64,000 nucleotides of DNA from a virus: positions 1 through 64,000 of IMG/VR virus record IMGVR_UViG_3300042691_019380. One strand, written 5' to 3'. This document shows positions 48,519 to 57,700 of the stretch, piece after piece (the stretch's first letter is position 1; each line of letters starts with the position of its first letter). The notes below the pieces were generated by a model, which ran no database searches, was not told where the DNA came from, and saw only the letters and a program-made list of their open reading frames with translations. The position numbers and the translations under genes were made by a program.

Positions 48519-48556
48519 AGTGTACGGATACACCAACGGCGAGCAAGGAGTTTTTT
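48519..48556 (-). promoter_or_regulatory. Class-II promoter TTGCTC-N16-TACACT for the RNA/Ro60 unit
   Basis: AAAAAACTCC-TTG and GTRTCCGTACACT shared with 50202-50240. Confidence 0.65.
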
Positions 48557-48942
48557 CAGGCCACTCCAGCCGGAAGCGGCTGCCAGTGCGTTGGCTGCGG
48601 CTTGAACGTCGCAAGCGAGTCTGGCTTGACGAACGTGCCGTCTTCGTCGCACGCGCCGACCGAGACAGCGTCTCCACGGCAGACCAGCACGGTCTCGTCG
48701 ACGTCTGGAAGCCGAGACTTGATCGACACCCACGGAGACTTGGGCTTGGGCTTGGGCTTGGGCTTGGGCTTACCCGTGCTGGCGAGTTTCACCCTGACGT
48801 CGAGAGTCGCGAGCCCGTCGATCTCCTGCGTCACCGACACGTCTGTCACGTACGCCCGGACGATGTCGGAGAACATTCCTCCGTAACCGTACTGGGACGA
48901 GACGTACTCGACGATCGCGTCGGCTAGGGCTTCGTGCGTCAT
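48556..48942 (-). CDS. DUF551-domain protein with (KP)n linker
   Basis: WVSIKSRLPD...THWQPLP; (CTTGGG)5.5 at 48739-48771. Confidence 0.75.
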   Translation of the reverse strand: MTHEALADAIVEYVSSQYGYGGMFSDIVRAYVTDVSVTQEIDGLATLDVRVKLASTGKPKPKPKPKPKSPWVSIKSRLPDVDETVLVCRGDAVSVGACDEDGTFVKPDSLATFKPQPTHWQPLPAGVA

Positions 48943-49922
48943 GCGATCTCAGCCTCGAACCTCGCCGCTGCGTTCATCACATCAGTGACCCTCTGCGACC
49001 GCAGGCTCGACTCTCGCCACGCTCGCCGAGCCGCCAGCGAGAGGGCCGCGCCGAGGGCCACCGTCCGGCGGAGTCGAGTCATCTCTGACAGGACAACCGC
49101 CAGGAAGTGTGGGTCCGCCGAGACGCAGTCCTCACGGCCGCACGGGTCGCAGTCCGCGACCGCAGCAGCCAGGGACCGCATCACATCGTCAGACGAGTGC
49201 GAGCCGAGAGCCTCCTGCCCAGCCATGCACTCACGCAGTCGCTCGATCTCCTGGGCCGCGTCCTCGGCGATGCTGTTGCAGAACAGGCAGATCGCATCTT
49301 TACGAAGACGGTCAACGATATCGACGCTCATTCGTTGTCCTCCAGCCACTTCGCGGCCTTCACGAGCCACGCTGCGTAACGACGCAGTTCACCGGCCGAA
49401 GTCCTGCCGTCGTAGAGATCGAAAGACGTGTCAACAATCTTCTCGCCGTCGACGATCGCGCATTCGGCACGGCTCGTCGCAGTTAAAGTCTTCCGTGGCT
49501 TCGCAGTCTTCATCTTCGCCATACTCCGAAGGAAGGTAGAACGACCAGTGGACGTTGTCAGCGTATGCAGACAAGTCGCACTCTTGATTCAGGATCGAGA
49601 ACGGGAGTCGACGCGAGCCTTCGTCGATACGCTCTGGCTCGTTATTGTCGTATTCACGCTCCGTCTCCATGTAGACGAAGACTTCGCCATCAAGTTTCTC
49701 AACGATCAGCCTCATCCTCGCACCTCCAGAGTGACCTTCGGCAGGACGATTCGCGACAGAATCCAAACGCAAACGAGAATGCAGAGCGACTCCATCGAGC
49801 CGAGCCGCGTCAGGCCGAAGACAGGCGAGACGCCGTAGTTCCACGACACAGTAAATAAGATCGACGCCGCCATGAGAACGATTGCCCAAAGCCAGATGGC
49901 GATGGCTGCGTGAGTGACAGTC

Positions 49923-50195
49923 TCAACGGCCGATTTGCTGTCCACGGCGAACTTCCTCCTTGAGTCTCTCTACGTAAACCGCCGCGTCGAGCAACTCCTC
50001 TTGAAGATGCTGAAGCCAACCGGCGAGGTCGATGTCTGTACGGTCTGTCGTGGTGCCGTACTTTCTGTATCCAGACTCAGAGCGAGCCAGAAGAGCCGCG
50101 CGAACCCGCATCACGTTCGTGTCGGGAAGATCGCACTCGTCGCGAGGCTGCGGAGCAGGCTCGGGCGGCGAGAAGAGTTTTTTCAGCAGCGACAT
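49923..50195 (-). CDS. Small all-alpha NTP-pyrophosphatase-like phage protein
   Basis: R...G..KYGTT.DR.D....WL.HLQEELLD.AVY. Confidence 0.6.
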   Translation of the reverse strand: MSLLKKLFSPPEPAPQPRDECDLPDTNVMRVRAALLARSESGYRKYGTTTDRTDIDLAGWLQHLQEELLDAAVYVERLKEEVRRGQQIGR

Positions 50196-50201
50196 GCCCG
50201 G

Positions 50202-50240
50202 AGTGTACGGACACGCAAACCGTGGTCAAGGAGTTTTTTT
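50202..50240 (-). promoter_or_regulatory. Class-II promoter TTGACC-N16-TACACT (likely leaderless mRNA)
   Basis: ATG 6 nt after -10; no SD. Confidence 0.65.
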
Positions 50241-50666
50241 GCGAGACCGTCCGCTTGGTCGCTTTGCAGGAGACCGTCGCTCGCCGACTCGGCGAGGTCT
50301 GCCGCCAGTCGGCGGATTGGCGAGATACTCGCGGATGTTTTGTTCGCAAGACTTGCGATCGACAGCCCACGCCTTGTCGTTTAGCCGGAATCCCCTGAGC
50401 CGACCGTCGAGAAGCATGCGGCCGACCATGGCGTCGGTCACGCAGACGATGTCGCAGGCTTCGGGGACACTGATCCATCGCCTGCACAACTTCTTGAACT
50501 CTTCAAGATTGCAATCCTGTCCCTCGACGGACTCGCGGCAGACCAGCAGCCCCTTGCCGCTGAGAGGGACCGCCAGAATCTGTCCCTTGGAGATTCGTTT
50601 CAGCACGCCGACCTGGGACATATTGAGGATTTTGGCCGCTTCAGCCACGGAAATTGGCTGTTTCAT
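50226..50666 (-). CDS. Tandem excisionase-type HTH regulator
   Basis: Two ISV.EA..I.......V......G.. repeats; divergent from the integrase. Confidence 0.8.
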   Translation of the reverse strand: MKQPISVAEAAKILNMSQVGVLKRISKGQILAVPLSGKGLLVCRESVEGQDCNLEEFKKLCRRWISVPEACDIVCVTDAMVGRMLLDGRLRGFRLNDKAWAVDRKSCEQNIREYLANPPTGGRPRRVGERRSPAKRPSGRSRKKTP

Positions 50667-50698
50667 GGTTGCCGTCTCCGTACATCAGGTCCATAAAA

Positions 50699-50718
50699 CT
50701 GACCCCCGAAGGGGTCAG
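50699..50718. promoter_or_regulatory. Hairpin CTGACCCC-CGAA-GGGGTCAG in the divergent control region, next to a + strand TTGACA
   Basis: Perfect 8-bp stem; TTGACA at 50721. Confidence 0.5.
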
Positions 50719-51056
50719 TCTTGACATTGCAATGGCGGGGGCGCCATTATTCGATCGAAGGCAGCGGCAACGGATTCGCTGCGATCGTCTCGCACGGAGG
50801 ATTGGAAATGATCGTCAAGATTTCGCACTACGACCAGCAGTACGCATTGCTCGAAGCACTCGAAGACTTCATCAAGAAGCACAAAAAGCGGTGGCGAGCG
50901 GTCAAGGCAGCGAAGAGCCTGCATGAACAAGTAGCACAGTCCGCAAAGGCCAAATAAAGAATCGGCACCGTTGGTCCCCCTAACTCAAGCCCCTCCCCAT
51001 GACGGGTAGGAATCCGCGAAAGGACTCGCTTCTCTTGGCACCAAGGAGACGCGACC

Positions 51057-51923
51057 ATGACTCTCAACAAGTTTTTTGAAGACTTCTACCAGCCTCTCAA
51101 GTTGCGGGGCCGCAGCGAAAATACGACGCGGCTGTACGCCAACACTCTCAAGCAGTACGCCAAGTATCTCGGCAGACCGGCGACGATCGAGGAAGACCTG
51201 AACGACCTCGCCGTCTCGCGATACCTCTCGCATCGAGCGAGAGAACGGAGCGTCTACACGGCCGAGAAAGAGCGGACGCAGTTGCTGGCTCTCTGGAGGT
51301 GCGCGGCTGACCGCAGGCTGACCGAGATGCGGCCCTGCGTTCCGCCGACTCCCATCCCGTTTCGAGTGCCGACGGCATGGAGCGTCGACCAACTGAAGGC
51401 CCTGCTCGCGGCGGCCAAAGTCGTGAAAGGGAAAGTCGGAGACGTTCCGGCTCACATCTTCTGGACCGCACTTATTCAAGTCCTCTGGCAGAGCGCCGAA
51501 CGCATCGGCGCGATCATGTCCGTGCTAAAAGAGGACTACACGAGGCCGATCATCCTCGTCCGCGCCGAGTACCGAAAGGGCGGGAAGCGAGACAAACTCT
51601 ACACGTTCACAGACCCAGTCTGCGATCTGCTTGACGTGCTGAAGCAGTCCAGCAACGGCCCGCAACTCTTCGCGTGGCCGAGAGGGTACGAGTACCTGTG
51701 GAACCGATTCGGCAAGATCGTGAAGGCGGCTGGTCTTGAAGGCGGACGCCGCAGCAAGTTTCACCAACTGAGAAGATCAGCCGCCACGCACTTCGCGGCG
51801 AGAGGCGGCGATCCGACGGCGTTGCTGGATCACAGTTCACCGCGAATCACGAAGGCTTACCTCGACCCGAGGTTCATCGACACTGGTCCCAAGCCTTGCG
51901 AAGTCTTGCCTGGGCTAGACTGA
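51057..51923 (+). CDS. int: Tyrosine recombinase/integrase
   Basis: R (AERIGA), K (KGGK), HQLRR, LDHS, catalytic Y (AYLD); SD GGAG. Confidence 0.92.
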   Translation: MTLNKFFEDFYQPLKLRGRSENTTRLYANTLKQYAKYLGRPATIEEDLNDLAVSRYLSHRARERSVYTAEKERTQLLALWRCAADRRLTEMRPCVPPTPIPFRVPTAWSVDQLKALLAAAKVVKGKVGDVPAHIFWTALIQVLWQSAERIGAIMSVLKEDYTRPIILVRAEYRKGGKRDKLYTFTDPVCDLLDVLKQSSNGPQLFAWPRGYEYLWNRFGKIVKAAGLEGGRRSKFHQLRRSAATHFAARGGDPTALLDHSSPRITKAYLDPRFIDTGPKPCEVLPGLD

Positions 51924-52624
51924 GATGGCCTCCAGTTCCACACAGCAGCGGCTCCGCTTACCTCTGGAAGGTATTTCCCGTCGATCTTATCTGGCCTGAC
52001 CCACTTCGCCAGGAAATCAACTGCCCCGTTTCGCTCAACTCGATAGACGACGCCTTCTGGTTCGTCGCATCTGCGATTGCGAACAGCGTGCAGTTGCATC
52101 GCACGGTCGACGGTCATCGGTGAGCCGACATGCAGCAGTGTCGGCTGGTCAAACTTGCCTTCAATGCGAACCGCAAACTGCTCGAACGGCAGGCGAGACT
52201 CTCCAATCATAATGTCAAACGCAGCGAATGGTTCGACTCCTTCGGCAAAGTCATATCGCGTTCCATGAGCCTGGGCCATCCATTCGCCGACGATGCGCTC
52301 TCCGTCTCGAAGCACGGACAAAAATCGCTCTCGGTTTTCGTGGACCCACTGATCGAACAGCCTGTGCTGCTCGTATCGCGAAGAAGCGGCCGCCCATCCC
52401 GCGCGGCTAAGGGAGTGAAGGACTCCATCCAGCATCGCAACGGCTACGCACGAGCCGTCCAGTTTCTCCTGAACGATCACGGTGTCGTGCCTGTCTCGCG
52501 ACCTCGTCGTGCAAATCCGAGCCTGCCCTGCCGTGATAGACCGATCCGACGGGCCAAGTCTGCTGTTCGGCAGGTGGCCAATCGACCCGTACGACTTCCG
52601 GCCGAGAGGCTTGAGGTGCGTCAT
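51857..52624 (-). CDS. ATP-dependent RNA ligase (Rnl2-like nucleotidyltransferase)
   Basis: QEKLDGS, GEW, FDI, EGVVYR, AKWV. Confidence 0.85.
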   Translation of the reverse strand: MTHLKPLGRKSYGSIGHLPNSRLGPSDRSITAGQARICTTRSRDRHDTVIVQEKLDGSCVAVAMLDGVLHSLSRAGWAAASSRYEQHRLFDQWVHENRERFLSVLRDGERIVGEWMAQAHGTRYDFAEGVEPFAAFDIMIGESRLPFEQFAVRIEGKFDQPTLLHVGSPMTVDRAMQLHAVRNRRCDEPEGVVYRVERNGAVDFLAKWVRPDKIDGKYLPEVSGAAAVWNWRPSQSSPGKTSQGLGPVSMNLGSR

Positions 52625-52815
52625 CGCGGCGGAGGCTCCGGCATCGGCTGCCAGTGCGTGACTCGCGGCACCATTCCAGGCGAGTCAAAGCCAAGTCTCA
52701 ATTGCTTGGCAACAGCCCTGGCGATGCCAACGTCGTAGCGGTCTCCAGCGCGGCACGCCACGAGAACCCACTCGTGGTCTTCTGGCATCGAGTCTTCGAC
52801 GGGAATCCAGTCCAT
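52621..52815 (-). CDS. DUF551-family protein
   Basis: MDWIPVEDSMP...THWQPMPEPP. Confidence 0.8.
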   Translation of the reverse strand: MDWIPVEDSMPEDHEWVLVACRAGDRYDVGIARAVAKQLRLGFDSPGMVPRVTHWQPMPEPPPR

Positions 52816-53060
52816 CAGTATGTCCTCTCGGCCTGCTTGCCTTGGCACGGGCAGTCTGGGTGATGGACGAAGTGAGATCGCCAACTCAGCACCCACAGGT
52901 GCCCGTCGTGTCGGACGGTATGCAGCAGCGAAGTTTCAGGCGGCTTGGACGAGTGGCTCTTGCTAGAGATCGCCGGAACAAGCAGTGCCGCAAGTGTGGC
53001 GATGATAGCCACAACGACAAGCAGTTCAATCAGCGTGTAGCCACGATACGGTCGCATCAC
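52815..53060 (-). CDS. Prepilin-type N-terminal cleavage/methylation protein (mini-pilin)
   Basis: RG|YTLIELLVVVAIIATLAALLVPA. Confidence 0.85.
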   Translation of the reverse strand: MMRPYRGYTLIELLVVVAIIATLAALLVPAISSKSHSSKPPETSLLHTVRHDGHLWVLSWRSHFVHHPDCPCQGKQAERTY

Positions 53061-53257
53061 TTCCTCTTCGTTGGAGGCTCCGGAAGCGGAAGCCAGTGAG
53101 TCGGAGAGATCAGTTCAATGACGTCGTCGTCTGACTCCCAGTACTGCTCGCCTTCGTGCAGCACGAGCCTTGCAACGGTGATGACGTTTCCGTTCCACAC
53201 CAAGACATCTTGTTCGTAGTTCGGCAGTCTTTGTTGGCATGAAATCCACTCAGGCAT
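53057..53257 (-). CDS. DUF551-family protein
   Basis: WISCQQRLP...PTHWLPLPEPP. Confidence 0.85.
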   Translation of the reverse strand: MPEWISCQQRLPNYEQDVLVWNGNVITVARLVLHEGEQYWESDDDVIELISPTHWLPLPEPPTKRK

Positions 53258-53265
53258 TGGCGACC

Positions 53266-53634
53266 CTACTGATTGGCTACAGGAGAAGCCAATGTCTTAC
53301 CGCAAACCTCACCAAAAGGCGATAAATAAACCACCGCCAGCCCCAGGTGCGTGGCGAGAGTCCATTCCACCCTGGCCCCGCCAGACTGCTCCCATCCGGG
53401 GAGCATGGCGATCGCGTCGGCATCGCACAGGGCCGACAAGTCTCGCCGCAGGGCGTCTCGGAGGAAATCTTTCGAGACGGTTGTCGACGTTGGGTCGAAT
53501 CCGACGTCTCTGTCGAGTTGCGCCGGGTTGATCACGTCGTAGCCGAGAGCCCGCAGTTTTGCCTCGGCCTCGTCGAAGGCAGGAAAGTTAAAGAGCGGCA
53601 GGCCAGTCATCGGCCCAGCGAGATATACCTTCAT
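53266..53634 (-). CDS. DUF4406 / nucleoside deoxyribosyltransferase-like protein
   Basis: MKVYLAGPMTG...NFPAF...INPA...D.I.ML.GW..S.GA..E. Confidence 0.88.
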   Translation of the reverse strand: MKVYLAGPMTGLPLFNFPAFDEAEAKLRALGYDVINPAQLDRDVGFDPTSTTVSKDFLRDALRRDLSALCDADAIAMLPGWEQSGGARVEWTLATHLGLAVVYLSPFGEVCGKTLASPVANQ

Positions 53635-54242
53635 TCGTTGTCTCCGATCGTGTAGTGCTTCGGAGACTTGCCAGCATGCAGGGCGCGGAGTCGCTCCACA
53701 TGTGGCGTGAGCCGCTTGACGATCTCGTCGTGGCCGCCGCTGACCTGACGGTCGTCCTTGAGTTTGCCAGCAGCCTCGGCATCGACGAGGATCGCAAGGC
53801 ACGCCAAGGCGGACGCCAAGTGAGGCACGCCTTCCTCGTCGCAGTCGCGGCCCTCGAACCACGCCGCGATATGCCGCTGACAAGCGTCGGCGTAGATTGA
53901 GGCACGAACGCCAACGCGACGCCAGTTAGCGCGTCCGTACTTCAAGGCTCCGTTGAGCAGGGCAACGCACCCCATGGCCGTCGCAGTCGCGGGCCAGAGG
54001 TGCAGGGGCAGTTTGTTCGTTCCGACGAGGTCTTTCGGATTTTCGACGTCGAACGCACCCGGCAGCGGCGTCGCGCCGTCCATCGTGGCCGCACTCTTGA
54101 CGTCGGCCTCCAGTTCGCCGTCATCGTCGCCAAGAGCCGCTCGCGATGCGTTGCGAGCCTCGACGATCTCGCGAATGATTCGATTCGAGTCCGCGATGTT
54201 CTCGATGTATCCGCCGTCCAGTGCCGTGACCGTCGCTGCCAT
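53631..54242 (-). CDS. dATP/dGTP diphosphohydrolase-domain protein (DUF5664-like)
   Basis: K.PL.L.P, GA.KYG..NWR, Y.DA..RH..AW..G.D.D.E..HLA.A.A...IL. Confidence 0.85.
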   Translation of the reverse strand: MAATVTALDGGYIENIADSNRIIREIVEARNASRAALGDDDGELEADVKSAATMDGATPLPGAFDVENPKDLVGTNKLPLHLWPATATAMGCVALLNGALKYGRANWRRVGVRASIYADACQRHIAAWFEGRDCDEEGVPHLASALACLAILVDAEAAGKLKDDRQVSGGHDEIVKRLTPHVERLRALHAGKSPKHYTIGDNE

Positions 54243-54269
54243 ACGTGACCTCCTGTCGTTGGGCACGTA

Positions 54270-54308
54270 AGCGTATCCAGACTAACGCCGTCGGCAAGAG
54301 GTTTTTTC
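54270..54308 (-). promoter_or_regulatory. Class-II promoter TTGCCG-N16-TACGCT overlapped by the operator-like motif
   Basis: -35 54292-54297, -10 54270-54275; A-tract upstream. Confidence 0.55.
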
Positions 54309-54566
54309 GAGCCTGTAGCCCAGCGAGTACAGGATCATGGCAAGGTCGCTCGCGGCCTGGGTGACGGCTGCCTCTGAGATCGCCGGGCCGAGACTTGCAT
54401 GAAGCCCCTCGTGGAGTTCGCACTCAAGTCTCGCGCGATTCTTGAGCCCCGAATGAATCAAGACTTTACGCTTGTCGTACTCGGTCCAGCCGTCGGCGTC
54501 GCCCTTTAGCGGCGAGTACCGCCAAAGCCAGCGGACGCCGTCAATTTGGAAACGATGGTCTTCCAT
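54282..54566 (-). CDS. Small zincin-like HExxH protein
   Basis: G......I.......LHEGLHA....E. Confidence 0.7.
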   Translation of the reverse strand: MEDHRFQIDGVRWLWRYSPLKGDADGWTEYDKRKVLIHSGLKNRARLECELHEGLHASLGPAISEAAVTQAASDLAMILYSLGYRLEKTSCRRR

Positions 54567-54796
54567 AACCTTCTCCGGACAAACCGGCACCGAGATCGCC
54601 AAGTCATTCTCGCGGGGCCGCCGCAGTACATGATTATCTTGTATTGGACTCGGTATCCCCAAGCGTCCAGGGACTCGCTTCTGGAGTCGCATCCGCAGTC
54701 TGGTGTGTTTAGAATCTTCGAGACCCTGCCGCTCGTGATTCCTAGACTTGACAGGAACTTGGAGACTAGACTGCCCACCGAGACTGGCCGAATCAT
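54506..54796 (-). CDS. Small CGC-motif protein downstream of the tail gene
   Basis: G..V...L..LGIT...DCGC..R...L..WG. Confidence 0.55.
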   Translation of the reverse strand: MIRPVSVGSLVSKFLSSLGITSGRVSKILNTPDCGCDSRSESLDAWGYRVQYKIIMYCGGPARMTWRSRCRFVRRRLWKTIVSKLTASAGFGGTRR

Positions 54797-57700
54797 GGCG
54801 TTTCGTCCCTGACGGCAAACGTGACCCCCCCGTAGCCGTCCAGTTCGTTCGACCACTTCGGACGAATGACGCTGATCGCGGCCGTCGTGTCGCAGTTGCC
54901 ACGGACCACGACGGTGGCATCGTCTGGCAGTTTCTTTAGGTTGGCTGGATGTCGATCCATGTCCGGCCAAGACTCATCGACGGTCGCAGACACTATACGC
55001 CCGTCCGCGTAAAAGCACGTCAAGTCTTCGGCCTCTTCGGTATCGCCTGAGTTGTAAACCCAAGTCGGGCTGGGCGTCATCTCGCTAATCTCTTCCCACG
55101 TGTCTCGATCGCCTCCGAGCAATTCGGAGTACTCGGGCGTCGCGTTCTCGACACCGACGAGCCTCGCCTTCCAGCCGCTTGGTTCGCTGTGGCCGTACAC
55201 CCCAGCCCAAGAGAAGTGCGGAAGAGCAAAGTCGGCGTAGTCTTTGTCTGTCTCGACAAAAGACACAGTCGGCGGCGACGTGTAGCCGCTACCGCCCGAC
55301 GTTACCGTGACTCCGACGACCCTTTTCCGGAATGAATAGAACGGGTCATCGCTGCTCATCACAGCCTCGGCCGTCGCGCCAGTGCCGCCGCCGCCGTGCA
55401 AGATCACGAGAGGCGGACTCGTGTAGCCTTCTCCAGACGAAGTGACCGAGACAGCCGTCACCGCTCCGTTGACGAGAGTGGCTGTAGCCGCCGCTGGCGT
55501 GATCTTCGGTCGACCGCCAGAGACGACGGTCCTGGCGAGCGAGCCGTATCCGGAGCCGCCAGAGCCGACGTTGACAGTCCCGGTCCCGCTGCCGTCGACG
55601 CTGACCGTCACGGACGCGCCGGTTCCGACGTCGCACTCGACTTGAACCGTCGGAGGAGATGCGAACTTGTATTGCATGCCGGAGTAGTACGGCTGCATGA
55701 TGATTGCAGTCCTGTCTCCGTCTGTGATGTACGTGCCATAGTCCGGAAGCGGGCTGCTCAAGACTCCGTCGAGATAGGCAGATACAACTGAACCGCCCGA
55801 CCAGAACTCGGCCACGGCGGGCCAGTTTCCGAAGAGCGGCCTGCGCAGACAGCCGAGAAGGCTTTGCGACTCATAGCCGGGAGACTCAAGCGTCTCGGCG
55901 TCGCTCATCGCCAAGACGCTCTCAAGATGCGACAGCGAGTGCGGCCACGTGTAAATAGACTTCGCCTGCGGTGCGGCGTCACTTCTCCGAGCAATGGCGC
56001 ATCGACGCAGTCTAGTCACCGCTCGCAACGCGCGAGTGTTCCAGAACGACACGAGCGGCTCTTGCGTCCAGTTGGTCGAAGTCAACACAGACGAAGGGGG
56101 CGATCCTTCTGGGTCGCTCATCGAAGAAATGGCCCCGCCCGGTCGCTCGGTGGTTGACGGCGTGGCTCGGCTGTGGGCTGTGGGGCTCGGATTCCACGAC
56201 GGATGTTCGGAGACAAAAATCCACTGCCCGGCCAGAGTGGTGCCCACAGATTCCGGCCTTGGCGTGCCTCCGGAGGAGTGGACCCAGAAAGCGGTCGACA
56301 TCATGTCGCCGTCTCGCCAGTACGGCAGGCCGCTGCGCCAGCCCCACCCTGTTGTGTATGATCCGTCTTGGCCGCCCAGCCACCGCGTCACAAAGGACGA
56401 AAGATTCAAATCTGTTGACACCTTGTATCCGTACTTCTCGCCGCCGTTTTCAACCGACAAAGTCACGCCGCCTTTGATTCTGGCCTGGGCGGACGCCTTG
56501 AACTGCGAGACAGAATCGTCGAACTCCGCTTGCGTGATCTCTGCGGCGGCGAGTTTCGCCTCAAGAGATGCGATGCGATCGTTGTCGCCGCCGGTGAACG
56601 TGACTTTTGGCGAAGAGCGATACCCCGAGCCTCCGTTGACTACCTTGCAGTAGATCACAGAGCCGTTGATCTTGGACGTCGCCGTCGCGCCGCCGCCAGG
56701 GGCCGCCGTTGTTGCCGTTGCTGCTGCGCCAGTTCCGCCGCTGCCTTGGAAGAAAACCTGCGGCGGCCTGTAGTAGCCAGAGCCGCGAGACGTCACAGTC
56801 ACATCTCGAACCGGGCCAGCAATCGCAGCCACGGCTGCCGCTCCTCCCGCGTTGCCGCCACCTCCAGTGAAGACAACAGTCGGCGGCGACTGATACCCGC
56901 TGCCTGGACTGAGGACAGTGACTCCCGAGACTTGCCCCGTCGTTTCGTCGATGCCAGCGATCGCAGACGCACCGGAGCCGCCGCCGCCGGAGAACGAGAC
57001 CGTCGGCGGAGACGTGTACCCGGAGCCGCCGCTGGCGATCGTTATGCCAGTGACCTTCCCGTCGATGCTGCACTTCGCAGAGCATCCCGATCCACTGCCG
57101 CCGACCACAAGCACGCGAGGCGGAGACGTGTACCCAGAGCCGCCAGCCGTAACAGCGATCGACTCGACGTCTGGGACTGGCTCGAAAGAGACAGTGGGCG
57201 AAGCGCGATACCGGCCGCCTTCTGAGACTCGCACAGACTGGACAGCGCCGTCTTTGATCGTAGACGTCGCCGTCGCCGAGATGCCCGGCTGCGAGAAGAC
57301 GACCTTCGGCGGCACGCGATACCCAGACCCGCCGTTTGTGACTTGCACAGACTCGACCGGACCGGCAATGACAGCCTCGATCTGGGCATCGCCTGGAACG
57401 CTTACGGTCGGCGGAGTTCTGTACCCGGAACCCTTCTGGACTACTCCGGCACTGATTATCGAGCCGTTAAGGGTGGCCGTTGCTGTAGCGACGCCTTGCG
57501 CTTGGCTGCTGAACGATAAGACGGCTGGCTCTGTGTAGCCTTCTCCAGGGTTGTCGATCTTGAGTTCGACGTCGCCCTTGACGACCGGCGGGCCGGACTC
57601 CAAGTCTCCAAGCAGCCACAGGGACTGATCAGACTCCTTGACTCCCGAGTGTCCGCCGATTCCGAGTTGCGGAGACTGAAATGCGGCAGGGTATGGGTTT

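Noticed and set aside
51057-51923. Integron integrase IntI serving the attC-like sites
   Set aside because: It is short (288 aa), no IntI-specific insertion is recognisable by eye, and it lies 43 kb away; not excluded but unsupported
53266-54242. Z-genome (2-aminoadenine) or 7-deazaguanine pathway
   Set aside because: No PurZ, Que/Dpd genes or dedicated polymerase are seen in the window
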